Shown here: piece after piece, positions 1 through 38,202 of the stretch
How the letters are laid out: each line of letters starts with the position of its first letter
Position numbering within the stretch: position 1 is the first letter of the stretch
Source: Chrysomallon squamiferum
Lineage: Eukaryota > Animalia > Mollusca
Length of the DNA: 64,000 nt
Assembly (NCBI GenBank): GCA_012295275.1
Contig: CM022679.1
Span: forward strand, 21,142,001-21,206,000
Direction: 5' to 3'
Program-made: the position numbers and the translations under genes
Notes under the pieces: model-generated
The model's input: only the letters and a program-made list of their open reading frames with translations
The model's database searches: none
Told to the model about the DNA's origin: nothing

Positions 1-266
1 TATATATATATATAAACTACTTAGCTTTATAAATTTTTTTGAGAAGTTACAAAATATTTATAAACAAACCAAAAATACTACCAAATTGTTTTTTTTTAAA
101 ATATTTATCCCATTGTTCTGAATGCCATAATAATTTCAGATGTATATATACAAACTGGTTTCTTGTTATCACACTAATTTTCACATTTTTTATATCTATT
201 ATTTACACATCTTATACATTCAGTAATTCTGAATTCTTATAATTAATTTATGTAATTTTTTAAAAG

Positions 267-24285
<24,019 letters not shown>

Positions 24286-27200
24286 TGTATTTATTTTTAA
24301 TTTTAAATTCTGGGAATAAACAAAAATTTAGTAGAAATTTAACCCATGAAAGACAAAGTTAATGCTGTCTATTAATTTCTGTGAAACAAAGTCAAAATGA
24401 AATGACATCATGTTAATGAATAGAAACAGGTTGAATGCTGAACACAGGCCTGTTAGCTGCTTACTTTTCAGTGGTTTAACAGCCCAGATTTTAAACTTTC
24501 AGGCCTTGATGGTTATTGAAACATATGGCAGTGATCAAATCAGGATTTTTTTTAGACAGTGAATCAGATAGTGATATTGTTTTTTAAGACAATGAATCAA
24601 AATGTGATGTTTTTTGTTGTTTCTTTAAGACAATGGACAACTGCTATTTTTGCAACATGTGATCCTCTGTGTAGTTGTGTGTTTTAAAACTGACAGAAAT
24701 TTGAAAACAGTGGATGATCAAGCTATACTTCTAATACTCATTACATAAATCACTCACTTTGTGTTGTGCAGTTTACTTACATTCAGATACACTTAGTGCT
24801 TACTCTTGCAGGTTATGTTTATAAAAATGTATAAACCATAAATTCCCACTCTTTTGTTGATACTTTCTTAGAACAATGGTTATCTGAACTTCAGTTTAAA
24901 AGAAAACTGAAAATTGAAACCACAAGTTCAGCAAGTCTGAGAACTGATTTAGAAATACTCAAGAAACAGTGATAAAAATACCAGAAACTCACCATGTTCT
25001 TGCCAATGCAGATTTGCTGAACCATCATAATTATAGAGAACAAAGTGCTCTTCCCTGCTGACATACATCATCAGGGTCTATTCTTTTATTCAAGATGCTG
25101 CAGAACAAAGGAATTTCTTCTGATATAAATTTGCTGAACTGGTACAGACTGCTGTTGTAGAATAATGAACTTTGTTACTGCTCATTTATTATGTGTTAGA
25201 TACTTCAGTTATTATTGTCATGCTAAGCTTAAGAAATTATTTAATTTATTGACAGCATTTTTGTTTTCCATTTCTGTTTTGTTCAGAACACAAGACTTTC
25301 TTTCTCTTTACCCACAGAAATAAAAAATAAACAGTCTCTGTGGTCTTTTTGGATTCCAACTATATAAATATTGTAACCTACACTTTTTACGTACATTTAT
25401 TAAAAGTACTGTCCTGTTTTAACCAAAAACACAAATGTTTCTTAAACACTGAATTTATTTTTAAAAGTAATACTCATCAAAGTAACTATGAAAGTTTTTC
25501 TCAGTTGTAGAGTAATCAAACATTTCTTTGACAGTATCTATTGTTATAATATAGTCTGGAGAGGGTAAGCTTCTCACTCATTATGGTTACAGAAGTCAAT
25601 TTGCTTGTAAAAATTAACTTTGTGCAGATGTTAAATTAAGCTGGAAATTTTACTTTTGAAACTTAAATTATTATTATTATTTTGTGCATTTATAAACAGA
25701 TGTAGATTTTATAACTAATTGTCAATATTTTATAATTATAATACTTTAAATATTTATAAAATATTGGATAATGATAATACTGTGCCTGAAAGTTATTTTT
25801 CTTGATTATAAATTCAAGTTGTGTATAGTAAATATTTTAAATGTCAACTTGGATCAGAAGACATTCCAAAATATTATTTCCTTTCTTTGTGTTCACTACA
25901 AGATTAGCAACAAATGAAATATTATTTATCAGTAATATTATAAATCAGTATTTTACTAACCTAACATTTCTAACATTTTTGGTATCAAAACCTTTTAAAT
26001 GTCAGAAAAACAAAAGAATTTTTGTATATGTGGGTTCTAATGAGTATCATAATATTTCAGTATTATTATGAAAAGAGTTGTGGCATCACAGATCCTCTTA
26101 AATGGTCTTAAAGATTTAGGATCTGCTGCTGACTCTAAATTAAAGGGAAATATGGCATAGAAAGACAGAAAATAAAAAATGGCTGATTTGCCATTATTTA
26201 CGAATAGATGGTTTGTTTATATGACAATGCAACCATACACATTATGTAGATTCATTTCAAAACTGTAAACTTCTATTTTACCAAATATATTTTCTTAATT
26301 TTATAAAGAAAAGTTCATGTTTTTTTTAATCAGTGCATAGATGTACCTGATACCATACAGCAGCAAGTGCTAAACCAAATACTATTTTTAAGCCATTTTC
26401 CCATTATCAGGTTCATTATTACCAGCTATTAAACTGGATCTTATACTGTTTTCATATCTATGTATTTATTATTAATAATTGTCATTAAAGATTTTTAAAA
26501 AGTACATGTATAATTATGACTATTTTAACATATATATATATTTTTTTAAAGTAATAATAAAAAATAAATATAATTATATACTTTGTTCCATGTCAGTGAA
26601 TACATACTTAACATCACAACAGCTTAACACAAATGCACATTGCCTGTAACATATTATATATATAAATAACAATATAATAAATTACAAATATATTACTAGC
26701 TATTTCAGGTAAAGAATTCAGACTTCTGAATTATTAAAAAATCAGTATTGTGGTGTACATTTTTGAAACTAGTGATTGTTAATTCTTAGTTTTGTGTACA
26801 TATACTTTCAGAATGGATTTACAAAGTCAACGAGAATATTGATATATTATTACTGATTTCATTTTAGTGTTACAGGTATTTAAAAAAACTACCTCTGTGT
26901 TATTACAACTACTGATATTTTGTTTTTAAGACTTCTAGTCCACACTAAAACAGCTACTTTCCTGTCATGAAAAAAAAAAGTGAATTTTGCCACTGTATAG
27001 CAATATGCCAGGGCCAAACAATGAGATAAACAATATTTTTAGTTAGCCAGCCTGTATAGCAAAATAATTTCATGCCTTAATGTTCAGTGGTGAAAGTCTT
27101 TTAGATTTGTTTTTACTTTTTAACTTGAAGACTTCCATTTGCAATGAATGATAAGGCAGCATAAATAGATAGATCTTTGTTATTTAATTTCTTTGCAGAC

Positions 27201-28249
27201 AAAATGAAATGAAAAGTCAGTAGAAGTATTTTTGTTCTTGAGAAAACAGACTGTATACATCCAAATGAATAAAGATGTAGTACAAACTTCTTTAAATTGA
27301 AATGTTATATTCAATTTTCTTAGCGATCTGCATCCATTTTATCTTAATTTTTCACAGCAGTTATACATTCTAACATTTCTGTTTAAACTTATATTTATTT
27401 ATATTCAATGCTATACTTGTTATTCTATTATAAGGACTATAAATAACACTGCCCTTTTTAATGTGTATTGTATATCAGTGTAAGAACATTTTTATAACTA
27501 CAGCAATGTATTGTTATGATAGCCATTTGCCAATGCTGTGGATTATGTCTTCCAGATGTGCATTTCAGTATTTATCTACTAAATAGCATAATAAATGTCT
27601 GTATTTGTGACCGACTTGTTATTATTTTTAAAAATATATATATATTCATGTAAGAAAATGATTATGCAGCATAATAAATATATTCAGTAACATTTTTATA
27701 TCTCAATGATTGATAAATGTCGACCAAAATGAGAAACTAAAACTAAAATAATTAAATTGTAACAGTTTGTGATGTACTTATTTTATATTACAGCACAATG
27801 CTGGAATGGTCATTTAGAAATACACTGATGAAATAAACATATTTATTTCTCTGATCAATGTATTTTAATCACAGCTACTTCAATAACAAATAAGTTTTAA
27901 CTCACCAGTAATTATTAAAAAAAAGTATGAAGTAAAGTTTAAAAAAAAAAAAGTTTTGTTCAAGGCCATGGGAAACATTTAGTCCTTTTTACTGTAATGA
28001 TTTTTGAAGGACACACTTAAAACTCTCAGTTACTGAATGTATATTAACACAACAACTTTAATAAACTATTAATATTAAATATATATGAAATGATTAATCT
28101 TTTACAATGCAACAAAATTCTAAATAACAGGTAACAATCTTTATTGAACAGAAAATGCATCAAGCTGTCAACAGATTTTTGCTTTTCAAAATTCATTTGT
28201 AAAATACTGGTATGTTAAACTGACTGGTGTCACTGATTCATAAAGACGT

Positions 28250-31200
28250 TCAGTCTTCAAACAAGATGTGTTTTCTTTCCATCACTCCTGAATTGTGTTT
28301 ATATGCTTTGGCAATCAACTGCAAGACAAAACAAAACAGTTGGCTATTTCTTGGAAAATTTTCTTCTTTACTTTCCCTCATGTTTTTAAATTAGTTTATT
28401 ATTATTATCTTTAAATATATTCCATATTGTAATATTTCTTTTCTGAGACGTACAAATTTGACAAGCTTTATCATTACAATATAAACAATTTCATATTTGA
28501 CCACTTTATTCTGTAAGATTTGGATTTATTATTTTCTAAGAGATTAATTACATGTTTTAAAAAATAAAAATAAAAGTGAATATTCTTTTTACCTTTTGTA
28601 CTCCTCTTTTCTTTGATCTGTTTTTACTGTTTAATTTGGCTTCCTGGTCAGCTAGAAGTTTGGACCAGTATTCCTTTTCTTTGTCTCCTACAAATCAAGA
28701 ATATTCACATCAGAATGCATAGTTCTAGTAATAAATTTATAATCAAATAAATAAGTAATGAGACCTATAATGGATACATTAAAACAACAAAATAATAAAT
28801 AAAACTATTTATTTTTATTTAAAAACATAATGCAAAGAAAACTGATTTTATTAAGTTGATTCAAATGATTTAAAATGTATAAATGGCTCTACAATGCAGT
28901 ATGTTATAAATACTACATTAAAAAAAAAAAAAACAAATTTTTAAAATAGCCATCTTGATTATAAGTATTTTTTTCTGAACAAATTCCCCCCAAAATGCTG
29001 ATGGTAAGTATTTCAATTACAATATAACTGAATTTGGGGAAAAAAACCGTTAAAAAAACCCATACAATAACCACAAACAAAAACAAAAACAAGTATACAC
29101 AGCTTAATGCATACTATACCTATAGAAACAAATAACAGAAAAAAAAAAAAAAAAAAAAAATTACTAAATAAATGAGATATCCATACCAGTTAAAACAAAG
29201 AATTCATATTTGTCACTTTTTTTGCTGGCTAGTTTAGTTGCACTCTCTTGGTTTTTACATCTTATGTAACCTTCCAAGTCATCATCAAGGACATCTATGT
29301 ATGCAACCTGAATATCTGATGCTATCTGTTCCTGAAATATAGATAATAAAAACACTAAAAATGTTCTGGACTTTTATCTACTAAATCATTATTAATGATG
29401 TTGCTGAAAATAATTAATAAAATATTGTTTTTGTTTATATTATTGATACAAAAGCAAACATGAAAGATTTTAATTTATATTCTAATTTATAAATATTACT
29501 TAGATGTTTGTATTATAGATATAATTAGCTTTTATTTAACAAGTAAACTGATATTTGGGGAGATTTCTTTTTTTTAATCAGTAGATTTATACAATTATAA
29601 TACATATTTATTATGACATTCATTTCTTCTTTTCATTATTTTGAAAAATATCTTCTCATTCATATCTCAAACTGGAAACAAAGATAAACCCTTTCTTTTT
29701 GTTATATGAAAACAATAAATAAATACTCTGCATTTTCACACTATACTCCCATTTTGCAATGCAGAAAGTCACATGCAATGGTATTTAGAATAAAAACCTG
29801 ATAAAAATTAATGTTTCAGATAAACAGATTGTATTTAATTAGGCAGTAACCACACACCTTCACTTGTTTTCGATTCATCGGAACTTTACTGCTAATGTAC
29901 ACAATCACACCAGGCTGAAATTCTATCTTCTTCCCAGGTTTAGATGGAGCCACATCTAAATTGCCTAAATTAAATCAAACACTTAAAAATGTTGTGATAA
30001 AATAATAAGTTCTTTTGGAATTAATGTTTTCAGCAGTGTGTGGTGAAACATTGCATTGAATCTATAGTGTATAATTAACTTAGCTGAAATTGTTTTCAAA
30101 ATAATATATATTTATGAAAATTATTTTTAATTCATGTCATTAAAAAATAAAAAAATAATAAAATAAAAAAATTCAATAAAGATTAAAAATAAAGAAAGAT
30201 AAAATAAAAATAAAAAAATATGTACAGAAAATATATAAATTGGGGATCTTTTGGTTTTGGTTTTTTTTTTTTAATACATATTTTTATGTGTTGTTATTTG
30301 TTAAGGATAACAAGAATACAATGACTACAGTTTGGATGATTAGATTTGTATTTTTTTGACAAATAGGTTTTACATAATAACTATCTGTTATATTGTGTTA
30401 TTAAGGAAAGTTATAATCTGTTAAAATGTTACCATTCACAGTTTTGTGGTTTTTGACGTCTCCAGTATTTTCATTTGTTTTGACTTCTTTAAGTTTCTGT
30501 TTCAGTACTGCCATGCTCTCCTTCTGAAGAGACAGATATTCTTTGCGCAACTGAAGCCATTCTTGTCTAAAAGAATAACCAAAATAGTAATTCTGGACAC
30601 ATTTACACATATAAAGTCTTTTAGAAAATTATACATACATATATATATATATATATATATGAGGGTAATACTGTTGATTTTAATTTGTAACAAACAGCAA
30701 AATAAATAAAAAAATGAATACCAGATACTGAAAAAAAACAATTTTTCAATACAGATCTGAAAAGTTTACTCTAAATTGTTTCATACACCTATATCTATGA
30801 CCATCAATAATTTTAGAACATGTAAATATCTCAAATCTCTCAAAATTACCAGATAATTTAAGTGCTTTTATATAAAGTTTCACCTATTATTAACTTTTTT
30901 TTTTAATTATTTACTTTGGTATAACTCGAAGCAGTGGAAGAGTTGTGTCTTTCTCTTTATGCTTTTTTCTCCTCTTTCGCTTTTCTTTCTTCTTTGACTT
31001 TTTCTCTGGTGCATCTGCTTTTTTAGTTAAAACACTTGAATTCACTTCCGACTGAGTCGGCAAAGATCCTTGTTTTTCAGAAACTTTCATTTTTTTCTTC
31101 TCTGGACTTTGGTCTGATTTTGCTGGTGGTATCTTAACCTCGACTGTTTCATTATGAATTTCACTATCACTCTTCTTTCTTTTCTCTTTTACTTTCTTAT

Positions 31201-34200
31201 CACTCTCCTGTTCACAGTCCAGACACTTTGTGCTGACGTCTGTCTTGGACATTTTCTGTTTTTTCTCAGGTTCCTCCACAGAATCTGCAGCATCGTCCTC
31301 TTGAGACTTAGAGCTCTCTGACAATCTCTGCCTCTTTCTCTTTTTCCTTTTCAAATCTTTTTCATCCTCTTCATCAGGATTATCATCCTCCTCTTTGGAT
31401 TCACTTTTGTTTTCCGTTTTAAGGTCACTGTCGGTGGAAGTGTCAGGTTTAACCTCTGGTGAGTCCAGTTTCTTCTTTTTGAACACTGGTATTTCATCAC
31501 TGAAGTAGTCCACACTGCTTTCACTGGCACATCGCCGACGTTTCTTGTGTTTCTTACATGACTTGGTATATATGTTATCATCTGTGCTTGCTTCTCCCTT
31601 CACTGGGCTGGTAGGTTTATTAATTTCCTTCAGTTCCTCTGTATCCACTGCATATCAAAAGATTAAAAATATTTATATATAGTGCTAAATATATATTTAC
31701 TAATATATAAACCTCTAACATTAAAAAAACCAACAATTATCATACAAAATTATTATTATTTTTAATTCTTTCTGACATAATTTGAAAATTTGCATTAAGA
31801 AATAAAAGTGATATAAATAAGTAAGCATTATTACTCACTTATTCTCAAATTCATACAGAAACAATCTTTTTGTAAACAACATTCTAAACATTAAATGTTT
31901 CTTAAAGTTAAAAGACATACTAATTATCTTTAATTTACAAGAAACACACAAATAAATCCACTGAGTTTTTTAAATTTAATTTTCCATATTAATTTATAAT
32001 GATGACAAATAACTCAAATCATGTGACACAGACTTTAAATAAATGCAGTGAATTTATCTTGATTATTTTAAGTTTAAAAATAAAAATAACCTATTATTCC
32101 AGTCTTCTTCTGTAACTGGTTTAGAGTCTTGTTAGACTTGGGAAACTTGCCGGCTCTGTTAACAGTATCAGGAGGAGGGTTGTTGAGCAGCTAAAACAAA
32201 ATCAACACACTATAATAATATGAGAATGTGATTGATTAAAAATATACGAATGAAGTAATGCCTGGATTCATTTTATTAATATTACTAATAATAGTTATCA
32301 ACTGTAAAACTTTTGAATTTTTAAGATTGATTAAAATAAGAATGGCTGAGATACAATCCAAGGAATAATCTTGCTCAGAAACACTTTCTTATAGATAGTG
32401 AATATATTTCAGAGACTTGGAGCCCATGCTGGAATTGGAAACAGTCAAGATAATGTTGATAATTGTCAATCAGAATGATAATAAGAAAGAAAAATAATTA
32501 ATAATATAATGGAAAAACAAGATAATCACTTGACGGGTTTTATGATCCAAACTTTCTTACCTCGCAGGCTTTGTTAGCACTTTCTTCAGACTGGAACTCA
32601 ACAAAACCAAAACCTTTACTGTCACCGGTCGTCTGGTATCGCGGCAAACTGACATAGGCCACCTCACCACACTTAGAGAAAATCTTGTTCACCCAGTCGT
32701 GTGTTACATTACGTGGAAGGCACTCCTGACAATTACAAACAAAAAAGAGAGATTTTCTTGTTATAACTGTTATTATTTTTACATAACTGCATCAGTAGAA
32801 TTGGATTTGGGTGTTATATACTTCAAAACATTTTCTACAGTTTAGCACAGAATCTGTAAATATATTTACACATTCTATCATGTGTTAAGATACACATATA
32901 AATGTACATATGTACATACACACACATTTATGCACACTTTTTGAATTTTCCAGTGATTTTAGTGAACATTAGTGATCAGAAATTCTCCACAAAGTACTAA
33001 TACAAAAAATACAACAGATATTTTACAACAGTGAATAAAGCTACAAAGAAATTTTTTATGTAGTAACATTTTCTTTACCATGGCCTTGAATTTTATTTCC
33101 TTGAACAGTTTTTTTTTAACTATGCACTGAAAATTCAAATAAAGATACATTTACATTCACTTGATTGAAAAGTAAATAAAAAGAATGACTGTAGGACCCA
33201 TCCAAATGATAAAGAGATAACCATGTATTATAATGATTACATTCAAATCATAATGGCTGATATTTAAGTGCAAAAAACAAAACAAAAGAAAATAAATGAA
33301 TTTTACTATGTATACTGTTCTCTTGTCTATGTCTTCTGGTGCACTTAATGGTTTAACTCTCCGAACGTACTTCCCATTTTCAGTAACCTGATAAAAATAG
33401 ACAGTATTCCATGAATTACATTTCTATCATTTGTGAATGATATAAATGTAATATAAAACATATTATGAAGTATAAAATAGCTTTAGCGAAAGTTAATATT
33501 TATTAATATTATTATTCAGTTCATTAAAAAGTGATAAAAATATCTAAATATTATCTTTAGTCAACTATCAAATGCTATAGTGTAGACAATTTTTCAGGCT
33601 GGATTAAGCAGCATCTTCATTGTGTTGTTACTCAGTCCATCAATTTCTTATGCATTGTAATTTTATATGCACATAGATCTTGATGTAAAAATATTTAAAT
33701 CATTTAAGAACTGTTTATAGACAAGATGTTTTATTTTATAAATTGAATAACAAGTTTCTAGTGACACATAAATATACCAAACTTTATTAACAGATCAGGC
33801 TTTTTATTGATACTGTTAAACGTCTATGTTAAAAAACATTTTGATCAAGTTACTTAAGGAGACAATTTTTTTCAGTTCTCATAGGACTATATTATATATC
33901 ATAATTCAGGAAAACTTTTAATATAATGGGAACAATGAGAAACATCTGATGAAGAAATTTTTCACCTGTAAAAGATCTGATTTAGACAGAGCTCTGGCAA
34001 GAATTTTGATGTCTTCTGTAAGTGCTTTTACTCTGTTAAACTTCAGAAAAATGGACAAATCAACAACTGAAACAAAAACAGAACGACTGAAAAATATTCA
34101 GAGAGGATATAAAAATAATAATAACAATAACAAAAAAATAAAATAAAATAAAACTGTACAAGGTGTCATTATAATACAGTGTTCTCTCATTTTAGAAGTA

Positions 34201-34841
34201 AAACACAGAAATGAAATAATAAAAAAGAAATGATCACAGATTTAAAATTTCAGTCATAAAGACACAAACAGTAATGATATAATTAAAAACACACACAAAA
34301 AACACCAACAAACAAAACAAAATAACTCTATCAAATAACACAGCTATTTGATTAAAATATTTAATAAAAATATAAAACCATAAACTACTACATTTAAAAA
34401 ATGATAAAAAGAAAATACAAAAAATAAGCAAACAACAACAAAAAATATTTAAAAAATGAATGAATAAATGAATAAATAAATAAATAAATAAATAAAATAT
34501 ATAACAAAAAATTAAAACAAATCAAAATAAATAATAAAAAATTAAAAAGATAAAACATACGGCCATCTTTAGATTTTTCCATTTCCTTTTTGATAAATCT
34601 ATCTTTCTGAAGATTTGAATCGCTGAAGTAGAACTCCATCTGCAAAGAATTAACAATAGATTTCACTTGCATAACTATTCACCATTTAATTTTTCTTATT
34701 GTATTTATCTTCAAGTTACAGTTTCAGTATTCCTTTCATAAAAAAAGTAAAGAAAATTATTGGTAATAAATTAAATAAAATTAATGATATTAATAAAAAA
34801 AATACACCAGAAACATTTAATTGTGAAAAAAAAAAAAAAAA

Positions 34842-34877
<36 letters not shown>

Positions 34878-35132
34878 AATATAAAAACAATATGATGAAA
34901 TTATAATATTATCAGGTAAAAATAATCTGGGACTAAAATTTATGACTTTTTTTCCCACTGTTCTGAGCAAGAGAATAATTTGTGAAATAGTATTAAGTTT
35001 ATTCTAAATTTATATTAATAACATCAGTTCAATAATTTTAAATACTTGTTTTAATATCATCTTGCGAATTTCCTTCATTCTCTTTCTTGGTTTCTTCTCC
35101 ACAACCCTTTGATCACTTGACTCTTCTTGCAT
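28250..35132 (-). CDS. LARP7: La-related protein 7 (La motif, RRM1, K/E/S-rich linker, xRRM/RRM2), about 631 aa
   Basis: Coding exons on minus strand: 35132-35046, 34639-34561, 34066-33966, 33387-33307, 32725-32561, 32190-32091, 31647-30915, 30566-30433, 29964-29858, 29331-29187, 28687-28593, 28318-28250. All GT-AG, total 1896 nt in frame. Motifs: QMEFYFSDSNLQKDRF (La), RTVYIECLP..YVSLPRY..GDSKGFGFVEF (RRM1), LRVIPKQEWLQLRKEYLSLQK, FQPGVIV, VAYID, EKEYWSKL, RG..KLIAKA and terminal HILFED, all typical of LARP7. Probable non-coding first exon ends at 35488 (AAG|gtaaga). Confidence 0.93.
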
Positions 35133-35487
35133 GATTCTGAAAAATACAATAAAAGTTATAAATTAATTTTACTGGTAACTGTAGTGTATATAAATATTAT
35201 ATATGCAATAATAGTTTTATTTAAAATAATTTTCTATACTCAAATAATTTGTATATGTCTATAAACTGCAAACAAAATCGTAAATTGTAAGACTGTGTTA
35301 CTGCCTGCAGTGACTCGTTTTTAATTTAATTAAAATCTGAAAATGGTATCCAATAATTTGAATAAATGAATATTACATGTATTACAGATGTAATAATTTA
35401 ATACGTCTGGAGCTCTTTTTAATCATTTCTATAATGAAAACGAGTTTGACATATTTTATTTGAAATGTGCAAATAATGCAGTCTTAC

Positions 35488-35800
35488 CTTAATGTTATAT
35501 TTCCTGACAGTCAGTGTAATATAATAATTTAAAAAGCCTATATCAAGACAACATCTAATGTACTAACACATTTCGTCAAATCTTTACTTCACTTTTTCAA
35601 AAACGGAAGTAAACTCCTCATGTTATAAATATTTTCATTGGTTACATTAGGAGAGCATCGTCCAATGACTGTTAAAATTATCGAATTCGGTTAAACCGCT
35701 AGTCAGAAAAAGATCGCTATGGAAAACAAAACTAGCTGTGTAGTAGTTCTCTTTCTTTGGTTCTGACGTTAATTTTTTGAAGTAATAAAAAACATCAAAT
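35488..35800. promoter_or_regulatory. Compact bidirectional promoter / 5' UTR region shared by LARP7 and the DHHC gene
   Basis: Only about 310 nt separate the LARP7 first donor (35488) and the DHHC ATG (35801). Locally more CpG. ETS-type ACGGAAGT at 35603-35610; opposed CCAAT boxes ATTGG 35637-35641 and CCAAT 35662-35666. TSS positions cannot be determined from sequence. Confidence 0.65.
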
Positions 35801-36316
35801 ATGGCATTAAATGAAGCAAGCAAGGAGTTTGCCTTGACGTCAGTGTCACCTGAATTCAATGTTATGATGCATGCCATATCCAACTGTGCTGGCCCCGTTG
35901 TACAACAGATTATTCAACAGCAACCGCATCTTGTTAATTCAAAAGGTATAAAGCAGGAAGTCAAATCAGACGACTGAGGAAAAAAAAAAAAAAAAATGAT
36001 AATAATAAATAAGAAGGAAAAAGAAGAGTAAATAAATTTAAAAAATAATTACAAAATTAATATATATATATATATATATTAAAATTAAATACTTGTTTAA
36101 GATCCTATAGTATTAGTAGAGTGAAAAATATGAAAAGTTGATATAATTATTTTATTGCAATAATCTTTTTTTAATGTACAGTCTTTTTCTTAGAGCACAA
36201 AGATATTAAATAAAAAAGAAAAAATACTGAATTGTTACAATATCTATAAAAACATGTTTTAATATCCCCAAAGAGTATGTGTCAATGTGTAAATTTATAC
36301 AGGCATATATATGTGG

Positions 36317-36351
<35 letters not shown>

Positions 36352-38159
36352 ATATTTATTTTCTGCCAGCATTATCTATTTTAAATATTTATTAAACAGG
36401 TTGGCATGGCAACACTGCACTTCACAGAGCCTGTTTGGTTGGAGACATTAATGTTGTCACTATGTTGGTAAATGCTGGGGCTGATCCTAACACTTCAAAT
36501 GACTCTGGGGAGACTCCACTTCATTATGCAGCAAAAAGAGGAATTCCATCTGTATTTTATTTTTTAACTAAGAATGGTGGTCAGGTCAATGCTGTTGATA
36601 ATTATGGAAGGAGGATGGCCCATCATGCATCAGAAACTGGTTCTGTGTTCGTGTTTTTGATTTTGTTATTTATATCAAAAGTGGGATATAATATCTTTAT
36701 TATTCAAAGATATATGATGATATCATTCTATGAAACAAAGATAATTTATTAAAATAAAATCATGCATAGTGTGTTGATGTAGATATATATGATTTAGTGA
36801 GGCTTAATGATTCTTCATTCAGCATTTAAAATGATCAGTTGTGATCAGCATATTTTGAAAGCTGTGTTCAGAAATTCAAGAATTAAAAAATAAGTATTAT
36901 CAACAAATGTTTTGATTACTCAGGCTCAGATGTTTGCATTTCCCACAGGCAAGAAAATGTTTTTTTCCGAAATGATGTCATATTGTCCTTTCCAAATGAG
37001 CAAAGCAAAAATAAAGGCATCTTCACCTTTCTGTTAAATCTGTTGTAGATAAATACATGACTCCATCACACTGTTTCCAGCAGCTGTATCATTTCAAATA
37101 TTGACTTATAATAAATTTGTGGGTTTTTTTCAAGTTCTAAAGTATTCCTTCTTACCTCAGTGTTGACATTCTTTTTTGTACATAATGAAAAATACCCAGA
37201 CATGCAGTAAAGTTTATTTTTAAAAATAAAACAACACTCCACTAACATGAATTGGTTATGTTGCCTACATTCAAAATGTTTCTCACTTAAAAGAAATTTT
37301 ACATGCAGAAATGAAAAAGAAACTGCAAAAATAATTTACTTTTGTGGTGTTTTTCTTCAGATTCATGCTTCACTATTTATCATCAGTACACAATGTAAGT
37401 TTCCGTGATGTTGACAAGAAACTCCAGTCACCATTGCACATTATCTGTGGATTTGGTCATGCAGAATGTTTCAAGTATCTAATCAAGAAGGAGGTGGGTA
37501 ACCTACACATAAAAAAATAAAAAATCTAATTCAAGACATTACTTTGTATTTCCATTACAAAGTTTCTAAACTCTGTTTCCTTTATAATGTCCAGTTATAA
37601 TGTTAATAATAAATTAGTGTTCCTGTATTGGGACAAAAAAAAAGAAGAAAATATATATATATTAAAGCTCATTTAAAATGTTACCTAAAATATTTTATAA
37701 GAACTGAGATAATAGGTATGCATGCAGATAAAGATTAAACATAAAACTGTAGATAATTCTGAAATTTAACTTCTTTCATTTTTTGGTTTCTTTTCTACTC
37801 TTTATTTCTGTCTTGTTTTAAAAAGATTTGTGATGAATATAAATGGTAATCTTGTCTCTGGTTTTGTTTACTTTTAGAGAAGTGATTTAATTCAAGGTGA
37901 CTATCAAGGCAACACACCAATGCACCTGACAGTAATGGAGGGCCATGGTCACATGACCTGGTTACTTCTGAAAGAAGTAGGATGTAGTGTTCTCCATCAG
38001 AGAAACAAGGAAGGTTATACTCCTGTAGACATAGCCTGTCAGAGAGATAGGCCTGGGTACATACATGTGTTTTGTCATGGCTAATCTTTTTAAAAATTAT
38101 CTAACTTGCTTACAAATCAATCACTTCATTGTCTATGTGTATGTGTATGTGTGTGTGTG

Positions 38160-38202
<43 letters not shown>

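Noticed and set aside
31351-31581. Alternative-frame ORF in the LARP7 linker exon
   Set aside because: Expected by-product of purine-rich low-complexity coding sequence.
28250-35132. Intronic miRNA cluster analogous to vertebrate miR-302/367 in LARP7
   Set aside because: No repeated hairpins or recognisable mature sequences were seen by eye in these short AT-rich introns; a covariance search was not possible.
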